Assembly: GCA_052055015.1 (NCBI GenBank) | Contig: JBQJIT010000041.1 | Source of the DNA: Malassezia furfur | Taxonomy: Eukaryota | Direction: 5' to 3' (one strand) | Length of the DNA stretch: 44,431 nucleotides | Shown here: piece by piece, positions 20,405 to 33,022 of the stretch | Layout of the letters: each line of letters begins with the position of its first letter | Position numbering within the stretch: the stretch's first letter is position 1 | Program-made: the position numbers and the translations under genes | Notes under the pieces: model-generated | Databases searched by the model: none | What the model saw: the letters and a program-made list of their open reading frames with translations, nothing else | What the model was told of the DNA's origin: nothing

Positions 20405-23401
20405 TTACTGCCGCCCAAGGCCCTCGGGTGGCACGTGCCGCAGCGGGCGCTGCTGGAAGTCTGCGGTGGTCGCCATCACCGTGTTGCCCCACCACGACAG
20501 TTTCCATCGGTCGTCGGACGGCAGCTGGATCACAAAGAAGATGAGCAGCTCCGAAATAATCGTCCCCGCGTCGAGCGCGTTCGCCGTGACAAAGTTGTAC
20601 TTGGACCACCACCGGAAGTTGTGCTTCCGCAGATAGTACTGGAACACGAAGGCCACGATGAAGAATGCGGTAAAGTTGATGCTCGTCGATGCGGGCATTG
20701 CCGCGGCCCCGGCAAAGAATACAGGTAAGCTAGCATAGCGCACCCATGAGCGCGGATAGCGCCGCTTGACAAGCCACACGAGCACTGGCAAGATGGCCCC
20801 GACAAACAAGCCGTACAAAATGAAGCGGTAGTACTCCTCTGAGAAGATGCGCTGGGGGCCAATCACGCCCCACATCATCGACGACGTGTAAAATACGTTG
20901 ACGGACTGGCAGGTCAGATGGTACTCTTGGGTCGGCTGGCACAGATCGGGCACGAGTGACACCATGAGATGCTTCACACCGAGCTGCACGCACACCACGG
21001 CGAGGGCGCCGACCAGCTGCACGGCGTACACTGCGCGCGGCGGCAGCTTCATGTAGTGTCCGACCTTCATGTCCGAGGTGTAGCCCAGGCTGCTGATCAG
21101 CGTCTGCACCGTCAGCGTCTTGAACAACAGGAACGCCTTGGGGTGGCCGTTGAGCAAGTAGCCTGCAATGATGTCGCCCACGATGTTGGTACCGATCATT
21201 TGTCCACTCAACGCATACACGTAGCCGCTTGGTAGCGCATACAGCGCCGGGATGACGAGCGCAAGCAAGATGAGCGCAGGCGTGATGGACAGCTCTGAGT
21301 AGTCCAGCACAATCAGGATCGCGATCAAACACACCACCACGAGCCACTGGTACCACCACACGGGCACCGGCTTGTAGCGCCGCATGAGTTTGGCGTGAAC
21401 GTCGTCCGGCGCTCGCGGCCGAAAGCCCAGACTGCGGAGGAAGTCGCTGCCATGGTTACAGATGGCGTGCACAAATACGGCAGTGACCGTCATGAACCCC
21501 GTAAAGTAGGACAGAACAAAGGTCGCGGGCAGGTAGATGGGCGAATACGCATCGTAGCTCGCCTGATTGAACTTGAACGAGGGCAACTCGATCACGCGCT
21601 GCGACTTGTAAGGATTGCCGTACCGGTCAAAGGCACGGCCCATGTTAAAGGGGAAGTAGGACAGGTTCATCGTGTTGGAGAAGTAGAGCGCGGGCGCCAG
21701 AATCCACATGAACAGTACAAACCCGCCAAAGATGTTCATCTCGGCCCACCACGGCGTGACGAGCGGCGAGCCGAGGTAAGAGGCCTGCGTCCAGTCGAAC
21801 GTCATGCTCGTGAGACCCATGCCATAGATACCCGTGACGATGTTAGCCGTGATATTCTCCTTGGCGATCCAGCACACCCAACACATCTGCGACAAGGCGT
21901 TGAAGAAAAAGTTGGGCAGAAAATTGTACACACACGCACCGACACCCGTATACACAAACCAGCGGAGTCGTGATATACCCTGGTTCGACGGCTCCTCCTC
22001 GGCGTGCAGCGTGTTGAGGATGGTCGAGGTAACCAGTGTCTGCGGCCAGACCATGTCGGCCGGCCACACCAGGAAGCGGTGCAGGAAGCCCGCAATCCCA
22101 AAGCCGGTCACTTGGCTGCAAATGGCAAAGATGAACTCAAACACGGGCTCCACGGGCGAATTGTAGTAGTGCTTTAGCTCGGTCACGAGCAAAAAGTTGA
22201 TCGCATACGCCTGCGAGATGGTGATGTTGATCATGATGGTGATTAACGCATGCTCCTTGATGTTGAACGCGCCCGGATTCAGCGTGAAGCGGAAGCCTCC
22301 GAGCCACCAGGGCAGATAATACTCATCGATCGGCAGCACATACGCAAGAAATTTGCCCATGAAATATGCGAGCAGCTGCAGCACCACAGGAGAGAGCAGC
22401 GGCGAGGGAAACCGCAGCGATAGGAACGTGTTCACCGCACCGCCCACGCACGACAGTAGCAATGCCAGGAACCACATGCGCAGCGTCATGGCGGGCATGC
22501 TGGGGTCGTCGATGTTGGACACCGACGCACGCACTTCGGCGTACGGCGAATCTTCCTCAGGGTCAATGTCCGGGTCAGGTTCCACGTAAGAGTCGTGCGG
22601 CTCTGCAGCGGCGTCACGTTTACCGACGACGTGCAGCGGGATGGAGTCTGCGTCTTCAGGGTTGTATTGAAAGCGCGAGCGCGGGCGCGCAGTCATGTCG
22701 CCCACGACACTGTCAATGGCGATCGAGTGTGCCGTAGACGGTACGTCGGAGTATTCGCCCACGGACTTGGTGCGGTGCAGCGAGACAGCTGGCATGCGCG
22801 ACGAGTAGCGCAAGCCACTCGGCGTTGCAGCCTCGGCTCCGTACGTATCCCACCCAAAGGTGTCGCGGGACGACGGCGGCTCGTGGTGCGCCGCCGAATT
22901 AGGGGTAAGCGTTTTCCCGTCGCGACTGTCGCCGAAGCGGCTGAAGCTATCCGTCCACGAGAAGCGGTCAAAGAGCGGCTGCTTCGCCGAATTGGTGCGC
23001 GAATCGGCCTGTTCGAATGCCTCGTCGTCGTCGCACGCGTCCGTCTCGTCGCGGGGCAAGTCGAACGATGTCGTGCGCGTGTGGTCCCAAAAGGGGTTGT
23101 GCGGCGCGTGTTTCTCGCGCGTGACGCTCACGGATGCTGTGTAATGTGAGTGGGCAGTATACATACGAGGCACAAATGCAAATACATCGTCCTCTTCGTC
23201 GTCGTCGGCAGGAAGCAATACGCTGGCGTTGGACGGCGCGTATGCATGGCTTGCGACCGACACGTCTTCGGGCACGTTGGCATCGTCGGACGGCGGACGG
23301 TCCAGACCTGGGTGCCTGTGACGCGCCGTGAGCGGCCGTGCGGCCGCGCTCTTAGAATAGGATTTGGAGTAGCCGTGGCCCGGCGCACCCGGCGACCCCA
23401 T
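20405..23401 (-). CDS. OPT-family oligopeptide/glutathione transporter; probable 30-nt intron 23137-23166
   Basis: EEDSPYAEVRASV, NPGAFNIKEH, DMKVGHYMKLPPR and WWSKYNFV. Many transmembrane segments. Confidence 0.93.
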   Translation of the reverse strand: MGSPGAPGHGYSKSYSKSAAARPLTARHRHPGLDRPPSDDANVPEDVSVASHAYAPSNASVLLPADDDEEDDVFAFVPRMYTAHSHYTASVSVTREKHAPHNPFWDHTRTTSFDLPRDETDACDDDEAFEQADSRTNSAKQPLFDRFSWTDSFSRFGDSRDGKTLTPNSAAHHEPPSSRDTFGWDTYGAEAATPSGLRYSSRMPAVSLHRTKSVGEYSDVPSTAHSIAIDSVVGDMTARPRSRFQYNPEDADSIPLHVVGKRDAAAEPHDSYVEPDPDIDPEEDSPYAEVRASVSNIDDPSMPAMTLRMWFLALLLSCVGGAVNTFLSLRFPSPLLSPVVLQLLAYFMGKFLAYVLPIDEYYLPWWLGGFRFTLNPGAFNIKEHALITIMINITISQAYAINFLLVTELKHYYNSPVEPVFEFIFAICSQVTGFGIAGFLHRFLVWPADMVWPQTLVTSTILNTLHAEEEPSNQGISRLRWFVYTGVGACVYNFLPNFFFNALSQMCWVCWIAKENITANIVTGIYGMGLTSMTFDWTQASYLGSPLVTPWWAEMNIFGGFVLFMWILAPALYFSNTMNLSYFPFNMGRAFDRYGNPYKSQRVIELPSFKFNQASYDAYSPIYLPATFVLSYFTGFMTVTAVFVHAICNHGSDFLRSLGFRPRAPDDVHAKLMRRYKPVPVWWYQWLVVVCLIAILIVLDYSELSITPALILLALVIPALYALPSGYVYALSGQMIGTNIVGDIIAGYLLNGHPKAFLLFKTLTVQTLISSLGYTSDMKVGHYMKLPPRAVYAVQLVGALAVVCVQLGVKHLMVSLVPDLCQPTQEYHLTCQSVNVFYTSSMMWGVIGPQRIFSEEYYRFILYGLFVGAILPVLVWLVKRRYPRSWVRYASLPVFFAGAAAMPASTSINFTAFFIVAFVFQYYLRKHNFRWWSKYNFVTANALDAGTIISELLIFFVIQLPSDDRWKLSWWGNTVMATTADFQQRPLRHVPPEGLGRQ

Positions 23402-23455
23402 GAAACACAAAGGAGCGTCGATCGGACGGCAGGAAATACACCTCCACATTACGGC

Positions 23456-26400
23456 CTACGGGTCCTGGTCCATGGCCAGCGGCTCGGCGCTGGCGTGCGC
23501 GGCGGCGGGGGCGTCGTGCGTCTCGCCNNNNNNNNNNGGGGGGGGGGGGGGGGGGGCCGCGCCCCCCCCCCGCCAAGGGATGGTCGTCGTATCAAGCAAG
23601 GAGCGCGCCGGCCCAAACTCGAGCGTGCGCGGCTCGCTTGGTGGCTCGTGCGGCAGCAGCGCGGGGTCGATCGACGCACAAGCCTCGTCCGAGAGCAAGT
23701 CGGCGACGGGCTGCGCGACGTCGCGACAGGCGTGGTGCCGGAGCGCAGCGACGAGCTGGCGAAGTGCCGGTGGCTGCTCTGCATCGGGGTATAGATCGGC
23801 GGAGTGCCACACCTGTCGCACGGTGCGCGCCAGCGCAATGCGCACGTCCACCACCGAGTCATGGGCGAGGCGCACGAGGTGGTGCAGGATGAGCGATTCA
23901 AAGCGCTCGCGCGATACGCCGTGTGTAACGAGGGCATTGACGACGTGGAGGAAAGTGACACGCTGGCGATACGCGGCTGCATCCACAAGGTCGCACAGCA
24001 TGCTCAAAAAGCCGTCGGCGATCGCCTCGTCGTGCGCCGAAAAGGTGGCGTACACCATCGGCACGGCGCGTACGCCCACATCGCGGAGTGCATTCACGGG
24101 GTCGTTGAGTGCAAGCAACAGCAGTGTGACGAGGCACCCGTCCTCGTCCGCGAGCAGCAGCGACGGAGCCAGCGCCGGGATGTGTTTGGCGACGCTCTCG
24201 CGCAGGCGCCAGTCGTGCGTGTACTGCGATAGCCACAGCATAGGCAATTGTTTGAGCTGCGCCTTAGCCGACTCTGTAGGGAGGCGCAGCCAGAACTCGT
24301 CGATGTGCTCGAGGAGCGTTGCGGTAACCTCCGTGCACGAGTCGCGCAGTAGCATTTCGGCGACCGGTACCAAGTCACGGTTCGCCGCCTCGGCGCCGAT
24401 CAGCTTGGCGATCTCGTGCAGCGATGCGCCCAGCGAGTTGCGCACGTTTTCGGAGGTGTGGTGCGTAAGGCGCAGGTAGAGCTCGCGCAGCGTTTCCCAG
24501 TGCGCGGCGCCCATTGTCAGCACCACGGCGGGGAAGTTGAAGGCGACGATCAGCGACTTGTCTGCGTTGCTGAGTAGGTCGCCGGCGTCGTCATCGTGTG
24601 CGCCATCCTTGGGCGGCTGCATCGGCTGCCCCAAAAAGAGGTGCACGAGCTCCGGCGGAACGCCCGCGGGGTCCTCGTGGAAGAGGTAGATCACCTCACC
24701 GATCATTTCAAACGCGGCGAGCTGCACGTTGGGCGACACATCCTGATTCAGCGCGCGCATGATGATCACCAAGTCACGGCGCCGGTCGGGCCCGGGCGGT
24801 TGCAGGGAGAAGATGCCAGGCAGCGAATAACACGCCGCCTGACGCACTTGCCAAACGTGGTCGAGCAGCACGCGGTTCACCGCGGTGAGCAGGCGTTGCG
24901 GTGCGTCGGTCGTGGCGTAGTCAAACGCGTGCGTGCCTTGCTCAGCGGTCTGTGCGACAAGTGCCTTGCCGATGATGCCGATCGCCGCAGCGACCTCTTT
25001 GCGCACGAAAAAGGCGGGGTCCAGCGGCCAGTTGGTGATCTCGGGCACGACGCGCAGCGCGAGCTGCTCGACAGTGAAGCCGCCCTCGACCGTGATGGCT
25101 GCAAGCAGGTTGACCGACATCATGCGCCCCAGCGCCGACTCCTCGTCGTACTGCCCGTGCTCAAAGGAACGGCCGAGCATGCCCTCAGACGTGGCGCCGA
25201 GCGAGGTGCCCGCGGCGGACTGCCTCTCGCCCGCCTGCTCGTCGCTCTGCAGCGAGCGCCCGTCGCTTGCGGGGTCGAAACGCGAGATGGCGATCGCGAC
25301 GTTGTCAAACAGCTCGTTCAGCACCGTCTCGCGCGCTGTGCGTTCGAATTCGTACGGCGCCAATGGTACCAGCTTGCCCTCGCGTGCGGTGCCCTGCGAA
25401 ATCAGGTCCATTGTGCGGACCTCGTCAGCATTCGAGAGCACCTCGTGGTTGCTGTCTGCTGGCGTGCCGTCCACAGCCTCGTCAAACTGCTTGGTTCGGA
25501 GGAAATACTCGACAATCGACGCCTGCGTCGCACTCGACACAGCCGAGTTGGGATTGAGTAGCAGCGAACACAGTAGCGGCGTAAAGATGCCCACCGGCAG
25601 CTTGGGGCGAGGGATGATCTCCTCGTCGCTGTGCGGCTCTGGCTGCGTCTCGTCGAGCTCAGCCAGCGGACAGTTTCGGAAAAAGAACCACATGAGCCGT
25701 CCGAGCTCAGGCGCAAACACGGCGCTCACCTCGATCTCGTCCGTGGCCAGCTCGTTGAGCAGCGGGATGACATATTCCACCGCGTCGGTCAGATCCACTT
25801 CGCGGATCCATTCGGCCAGGCACCGCGACACCAGCACCCGGTGGTACGCCATGTCGCTCTTGGCGAACAAAAAGATGCGCTCCAGGCTGCTCAGCCCTTC
25901 ATCCAACGACTCAGTCTCGGGCAGTGTCGGGCTGTCGGTCACCACTGGGTCGAGCGCAGGCTCTTGGACAAACTCGGCCATCGGCGTGTCCTCAACATCG
26001 TCGAGCCCACGCGCGGCAAAGGGGCCCATGGCCTGCTTGGGCGACACTTCGCGCGACACTTCGTCCTCGGCATCGGCGTCGTTGCTGGTATCCTCGTCCT
26101 CGATCGCCTTGCGCTGGTACGACGCGTCTTTGATGGGCCGCGCCGCGTCCGCTTGGCCCGATGTCGCGGCCGCTTGGCGCGCCATCTGCCAGCTGCGTAG
26201 GCGTGCGCTGCTGTCCTCGGCATCCTCGTCGTCATCTTCGTTCGGATTGCCGTCCGGATCCGTCTCGGAGCCCGAACCCGAGCTGCTCAGACCTGAGCCG
26301 TTTGAGCCGTCCGTCTCGGAGCGCAGCGAATCGGAGTCGTCACTCAACGAGTAGCCGGACCGGGGCGGGAGCGCAATGTTGCTCCGCACTTTCGGGGGGC

Positions 26401-27279
26401 TGTCGGGGGGATTGGGCGACACCATATGCGAGGCACGCGGCGAGCCGCGCGGCGACGTCGACATGCTGGACGCGACCGAGCCCGCACCGGACGGCGACGA
26501 GTGTCCCGTATCGCCCACCACGGGCGGCGATGCGCTCAGCGACAACGAAGACAGCCGAGGGAAACCAAGATTCACTTTATCCGTCGCGCTCTCCCCGCTC
26601 GGCGACAAAACGGGGGAGCCATGGGCACCTGCGGCACCCGCTGGCCCATCGGCTGCACCTGATGTTGTAGGGCTCTGACGCATGGGCGGCGAATCGACCC
26701 AGACCGAGTTGACCACATCAGGCGCAGTGCTGGAGCCACATGGCACATGCTCTGAAGGCGCATGCTCCAGCGTGTTTTCGACGAGCGGCGAGGATATCCG
26801 CGCGTTGGTCGACGCACTAAACTGGCCCTCGGGCCACATACTGCTGCTGTGCTGGATCCAGTTGCCACCCGGCGGCGAACAGGCGCTGCCGCTCAGCGAC
26901 GAGCCCACCGATGGTTTTCGTCCCAGAGGGCGGGTCACGCTGAATGGCGGGCTGTACGTCGGCGACGTTGCCGCGTGTCGGTTTTCGTGGTACTTCCGCG
27001 CGCTGGCTGACTGCGGCGAGCCCGGCGAGGACGACAAGCTGCGGTCGCTTGGGTCATACGGCGTGCGATGTGAGCCATGCGAAGCAATCCCCGGTTCCGC
27101 ACGGCTTTCACGATGCGGCCGCTGGATGGGGATCGGCTGCGGCACGGCATGGCCCGCGTTGCGTCGGTCAGCGTCGCCATCGGACGACGGTTTCTTGGAA
27201 GGTTCGGAAGAATCTGCAACGTGGTCAGTATGCGCCCCAGAAACACGGCATAGTACGAACCTTCATGGGTGTTGGCCAT
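23456..27279 (-). CDS. HEAT-repeat protein, PP4 regulatory subunit 1 (PP4R1)-like; intron 27214-27260 (47 nt); assembly gap near the C-terminus
   Basis: LERIFLF...HRV, FFVRKE, VWQVRQA, AFNFPAVVLTMG and VRNSLGASLHEIAKLIG. The upstream exon MANTHE joins in frame. Long disordered Ser/Pro N-terminus. Confidence 0.75.
23528..23571. other. Assembly gap (10 N) flanked by a G19 run and a poly-C run
   Basis: Ns at 23528-23537 followed by homopolymers. Low-quality sequence inside a CDS. Confidence 0.95.
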
Positions 27280-27728
27280 GATTGTTTCGTCTTCGGGCAG
27301 GTCACAAACACTGCCCAGTGTCGCCTCCTGCAAACAGAATAAAAAACACGATTAAAGGATCCAGAAAGTGTCCAAAACAATACACAGCGAACAGTCACTG
27401 GACTGGGTATATGAGCTGCGCCACAGCAAGTAGCAAGTCGTTGCCTGCGTCCGCAGCCGTGCCGGACCTAAACAGCGGATTGTCACTCTAACGCCTTCTT
27501 GGCGACCCAAGTTATGCGGCAGCAAATCGGGTGGGCGCGCAAATTTGATCTTAATCTGCTTAGTCCCGCTGTCCCTCCACATGTGCGCGTGAAGGCTGGC
27601 CATACGCTGGGTTTGGGTGGACAGGGGGGAGCGCTAGGTGTTCAGCAGCACTCCGTGTATGCGTGTCGAAAGTAGATCATGCGATTGCTACGAAGCAAAT
27701 GAAACGAGGGATATGTATATGCTAGATA

Positions 27729-28265
<537 letters not shown>

Positions 28266-28317
28266 TCATAAGCAAGGCGCGGCGCGCGGACGCGTCGCGG
28301 GTTCACGTTCGTCGAGG

Positions 28318-30216
28318 ATGGCGCCCAGTGTAGGTATTCTATATGCTCACGACAGCCGGTGAAAGGCGGCCGCGTTGCCGGCGGAAAAATGCTGCGTAGC
28401 CGTGCGCGCACGGCGACAATTGATGAGTCGGTCGCCAAAAAGATCAAGGAGCACCAGAGCGAGCTGGTGAAGCAGAAGCAAGAAGAGGGCCTGAAGCGCT
28501 TCAAAGGCGAAGACGGTGGCGGTCATGACACGAACGAAGAGGTGTTCAAAAAGTACGAAAGCTACCGCCGTGAGAACCAGCTACCTACCAAGGTGGAAGA
28601 CCTTCGCGTACGTTGCGCGTCACGACTGACTCCAGATCCTCGTCGACCAGCGCGCGCAGTCGCTGATTCTTCCGATCAACTCTTACGCTGTACCATTCCA
28701 CATCAAGACGGTAAAGAACGTGAGCAAGTCGGATGAGGGAGAGTACACCTACCTGCGCATTAACTTTGTAACGCCCGGTCAGCTGTCGGGCAAGAAGGAC
28801 GACGTTCCCTTTGACGACCCGGACGCGACTTTTATCCGCAACATTAGCTACCGTTCGACGGATGCGCGCCACTTTGATGATATTTATAATGAAATCACCG
28901 AGATGCGGCGCATTGCGTCCAAGCGCGAGGCGGAGCGCAAGGAAATGGCTGACGTTGTGGAGCAGGACCAGCTCATCCTCAGCAAGGCGCGGCCCCTGGT
29001 GTTGCCAGAGGTCTTCCCGCGCCCGGCACTTGAGGGCAAGCGTCTCCCTGGCTCGCTCACTATTCACCAGAATGGTGTACGATTCATGTCTCCTCTGCGG
29101 CAAGACCAAAAGATTGATATCCCCTTCAGCAATGTCAAGCATCTTTTCTACCAACCATGCGACAAAGAGCTCATTGTGCTCATCCATTTCCACCTGAAGT
29201 CGCCCGTGATGATCGGGAAACGCAAGACGCGTGACATTCAGTTTTACCGCGAGGCGTCCGACGTGCAGTTCGACGAAACGGGCAACCGGAAGCGCCGGTA
29301 CCGCGCGGGCGACGAAGACGAAATTGAACTCGAGCAGGAAGAGCGGCGCCACCGCCACATGCTCAACAAGGAGTTTAAACACTTTGCACAGAGGATTGCC
29401 GACGCTTCCGAGGGCCGGCTGCAGGTCGATATCCCGTACCGCGAGCTGGGCTTCAACGGTGTCCCTTCGCGTGCGAGTGTGCTGCTCCAGCCAACGACGG
29501 ACTGCCTTGTGCACTTGTCTGACCCGCCTTTCCTTGTCGTGACGTTATCCGAGCTCGAAATTGTGCACCTGGAGCGCGTGCAGTACGGCCTATCGTCGTT
29601 TGACATGGTCTTCGTGTTCCGCGACTTTTCGCGACCACCTTTGCACATTAGCAGCGTGCCGAGCTCGTCGCTGGATGATGTGAAACAATGGCTCGAGTAC
29701 GTGCAACCAGACTGACCATCAGCTCGGTCGATGTGTGTGTCACTGAGGGCGCCGTCAACCTTAACTGGAGTGCAATTATGAAGACGATCAACGAGGGTAC
29801 GTGGCGGGATGTGTATAAACTCACACAGACCCGTATGCCTTTTTCCAGGAGGGCGGATGGGAGTGTACGTTTTGTCGCACGACTGACCCACAGTCCTTCA
29901 AGCCGATGGCAGCGACAGTGAGGAAGACTCGGAGAGCGAAGCGGAGTCGGAATTCGATTCGGATCTTGCCGGCGACCAGCAAGAGTCGACCGACTATTCG
30001 GAAAGTGGTTCCGACTTTGGTGCTTCGGAAGAGGACAGCGAAGACGGCTCTGAAGAATACGACGAGAGTGAAGAAGGCGAGGACTGGGACGAGCTCGAAG
30101 CCAAAGCTGCTCGCGACGACCAAAAGAAACGCCAAGAACGGGGCGACGGTAGTGGCAGCGAGGACGACGACGTCAAGCCGAAGAAGAAGAAGAAGGGCGG
30201 CTTTGGCAAATTGTAG
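28318..30216 (+). CDS. SPT16: FACT subunit Spt16 lacking the N-terminal domain (about 585 aa: dimerisation, middle and acidic domains); introns 28330-28355, 28608-28635, 29697-29722, 29797-29828, 29865-29893
   Basis: [102 protein letters not shown] and an acidic tail with GEDWDELE. Confidence 0.93.
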
Positions 30217-30529
30217 CGTTCTACGATAGAGGCCAACGCATAGAAAGAGGTCCCGAGCGCGTACGTGTTTACCATGAACGTGTGTCTACTGTGCCCACCT
30301 ACGCCGTGCTCCGCGCCAGGCGCTCCTCGGCCGCGCACGGATGGGTCGCGTCATTGGGTTGCTTATTTGTCATTCGCCTAAATTGATTCGTCGCGCGTAG
30401 CCCAATTGCGCACCGGAATTTACCAACGCCGACACCCTGGCTCTACGGCTTGCCAACGGCCGGGCGCACACCAAAGCTGAGAAACGAGGGCGAGAAAGCA
30501 AGTGCTATCGTTACGTGAACACGACACTA

Positions 30530-31492
30530 TTAACCAACAACGATCTAATGGTGTTAGTTCCCGTAGAATGCATCGATGACATACCTTGTTCTCGTCGTCG
30601 TTAAAGTCGTATTCAGGGATCTCGAGGTTCAAGGGAGCAGGGCCCTTGCGGATGCGGCCACTGATGTCGTAGTGGCTACCGTGGCAGGGGCAGAACCAGC
30701 CATCGTAGTCGCCAGCCTCACCAATCGGCACACATCCCAGATGCGTGCAGACACCAATCATGACGAGCCACTCAGGGCGCTTGACACGCTGAGCGTCCGT
30801 CTCGGGGTCGCGCAGCTTGCCCACGTCCACGTTCTCAGCCTCCTTGATCTCATCAGGAGTACGGTGACGGACAAACACGGGCTTGCCGCGCCACTTGATG
30901 ATGGCATTTTTACCCTCGGGGATGTTGGCCATGTCGACCTCGACCTTGGCGAGCGCAAGGACATCGCTCGAGGCACTCATCGTCGACAGGAAGTTGGTAA
31001 CGGTCGAACGAGCGCTCGCGGTAGCCAGGGCACCGAAGCTACCGATCAGGAAGTAGGAGAAGGCACGGTGCGCCTCGGGGGACTTGGGACGGTATTGGCT
31101 GAAGTCAGGGGTCTCAAGAGCGCGGGACGTGGTCGAGAAGGCACGGACAGGGGCCGTGAACGCGCCGGTGACCTTGGCTGAGGGTAAGCAACACATACGT
31201 CACACGTACCATTCACCGGCGTGCGCGACAGCACGTTCTGGCCACGAACGGAGTATTTGCTGGTCCACGAGGGAAGCACATCAATGTCCGCACGAGGGCC
31301 GGCGCTCTCGTGAGCGTGCGGGTCCTTCGGCGCCGGAACGTTGAGGTTCAGGCCACGCGCCAGAGGGACGCCGGTCGCGCCGTACTGGACGGTCGGACTG
31401 CGGTTAGTACGCTGGCGAATGCTGGGCTCTACCTACCCGACGTTAATGGCCCGGCGCGACACGAGACTCCGAGAAAAAGCGGCAGAGGACAT
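30530..31492 (-). CDS. RIP1: Cytochrome bc1 Rieske Fe-S protein; introns 31398-31436 (39), 31178-31209 (32), 30545-30584 (40)
   Basis: CTHLGCVP and CPCHGSHYD Rieske boxes, KWRGKPVFVRHRT and GPAPLNL. Confidence 0.96.
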
Positions 31493-31740
31493 CACGATTC
31501 ACACGCGGTAAAGGTGAAAACTTTGCCGAACGGCGGCGTGTGGTAATCAAAGAAAGGCCCAACGGTTACGGGAGCAATTCCAACTGCAACTTCGGTCGAG
31601 TGCCCGGCGCTTCCCGGCAGTTTGTCAGCAATGCACGTGATTTAGCAGATTTGGCCCCCGGAGGCGCGGCTCCACGCGGGGTCGCCGCTCAATAGTCTCC
31701 ACACGAAGCTCGCTGCGCTTCCCCATTCTGACTCGACCTT

Positions 31741-32760
31741 ATGTCTACTGACAACCCGAAAATTCTGCCGAGCGCGAACAGCGCCGAGAAGACGGCGGCT
31801 CTCTCCCGAGGTTCTGGTAACCTCGGAACATTTGGTGTGAAGAGTGGTCTCGCACAGATGCTCAAGGGCGGCGTCATCATGGACGTCGTGAATGCGGAGC
31901 AGGCGCGCATTGCGGAAGAGGCGGGCGCATGTGCCGTCATGGCGCTGGAGCGCGTTCCTGCAGACATTCGTGCGGATGGCGGCGTGGCCCGCATGTCGGA
32001 TCCCGCGATGATCCAGGAGATCATCGACGCCGTCACCATTCCAGTCATGGCCAAATGCCGAATTGGTCACTTCGTCGAGGCGCAGATTCTGCAGGCGTGC
32101 AACGTGGACTACATCGACGAGAGTGAGGTGCTGACGCCGGCGGATGATGAGCACCATATTAACAAGCACAACTTCAAGGTGCCGTTTGTGTGTGGTTGCC
32201 GCAACCTCGGCGAAGCGCTGCGCCGCATTAGCGAAGGTGCTGCCATGATTCGCACCAAGGGCGAGGCTGGTACTGGTAACGTGGTTGAGGCGGTGCGTCA
32301 TCAGCGCACGGTCCAGGCGGAGATCCGCCGCGCGGCGAGCATGAGCGACGACGAGTTGTACGCCTATGCTCGTGATCTCAAAGTACGTTGGACATTTTTG
32401 TTGGCTGACCTCAGGCACCTTTCCATCTCCTGAAAGAGACGGCGCGTCTTAAGCGCCTGCCCGTGGTAAACTTTGCTGCGGGCGGTGTTGCGACGCCGGC
32501 CGATGCCGCGCTCATGATGCAGCTTGGAAGCGACGGCGTATTTGTCGGTTCGGGTATTTTGTACGTGCAATCCGGGGGAGCTGACCGGCAGCAAGGGCGA
32601 GAACCAAGCGGAGCGTGCCAAGGCCATTGTCCAGGCGGTGGCACACTACAATGATGCACAAAAGCTCGCGGAAGTGTCCTCGAATCTGGGCGAGGCGATG
32701 GTTGGTTTGACGATCTCCGATAACATGAAAGGCGGCAAGCTCGCAACGCGGGGCTGGTAG
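31741..32760 (+). CDS. SNZ1: Pyridoxal 5'-phosphate synthase subunit Pdx1/Snz; introns 32383-32414 (32) and 32561-32591 (31)
   Basis: [29 protein letters not shown] and [18 protein letters not shown]. Confidence 0.96.
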
Positions 32761-33022
32761 ATCGGTGCCTTGCCTAGCTGGTCGATTGGGTTTCCCTGCG
32801 TATGGGTTTTCGAAAATATCTCCGTACATATCTCATAAATGAAGTGCGGTAGAACTGCAGGCCCCACGTGGCGGACGTTCCCAAGTGCGCGGTCGTCGGT
32901 TTGGACATCGCCAGCGCCAGATCAAAGCTAAGATTGGCTTCGGAGCTATTGCTGGGTCCTTTGTCTCTACGTCCCTCGTGCATCCGACTGAGCAAGTGTC
33001 TTTTGTTTAAACCAACCGGATT

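Noticed and set aside
23538..23571. G19 run and poly-C run suggesting a G-quadruplex or hairpin
   Set aside because: Directly abuts an N gap and is typical of low-quality contig ends.
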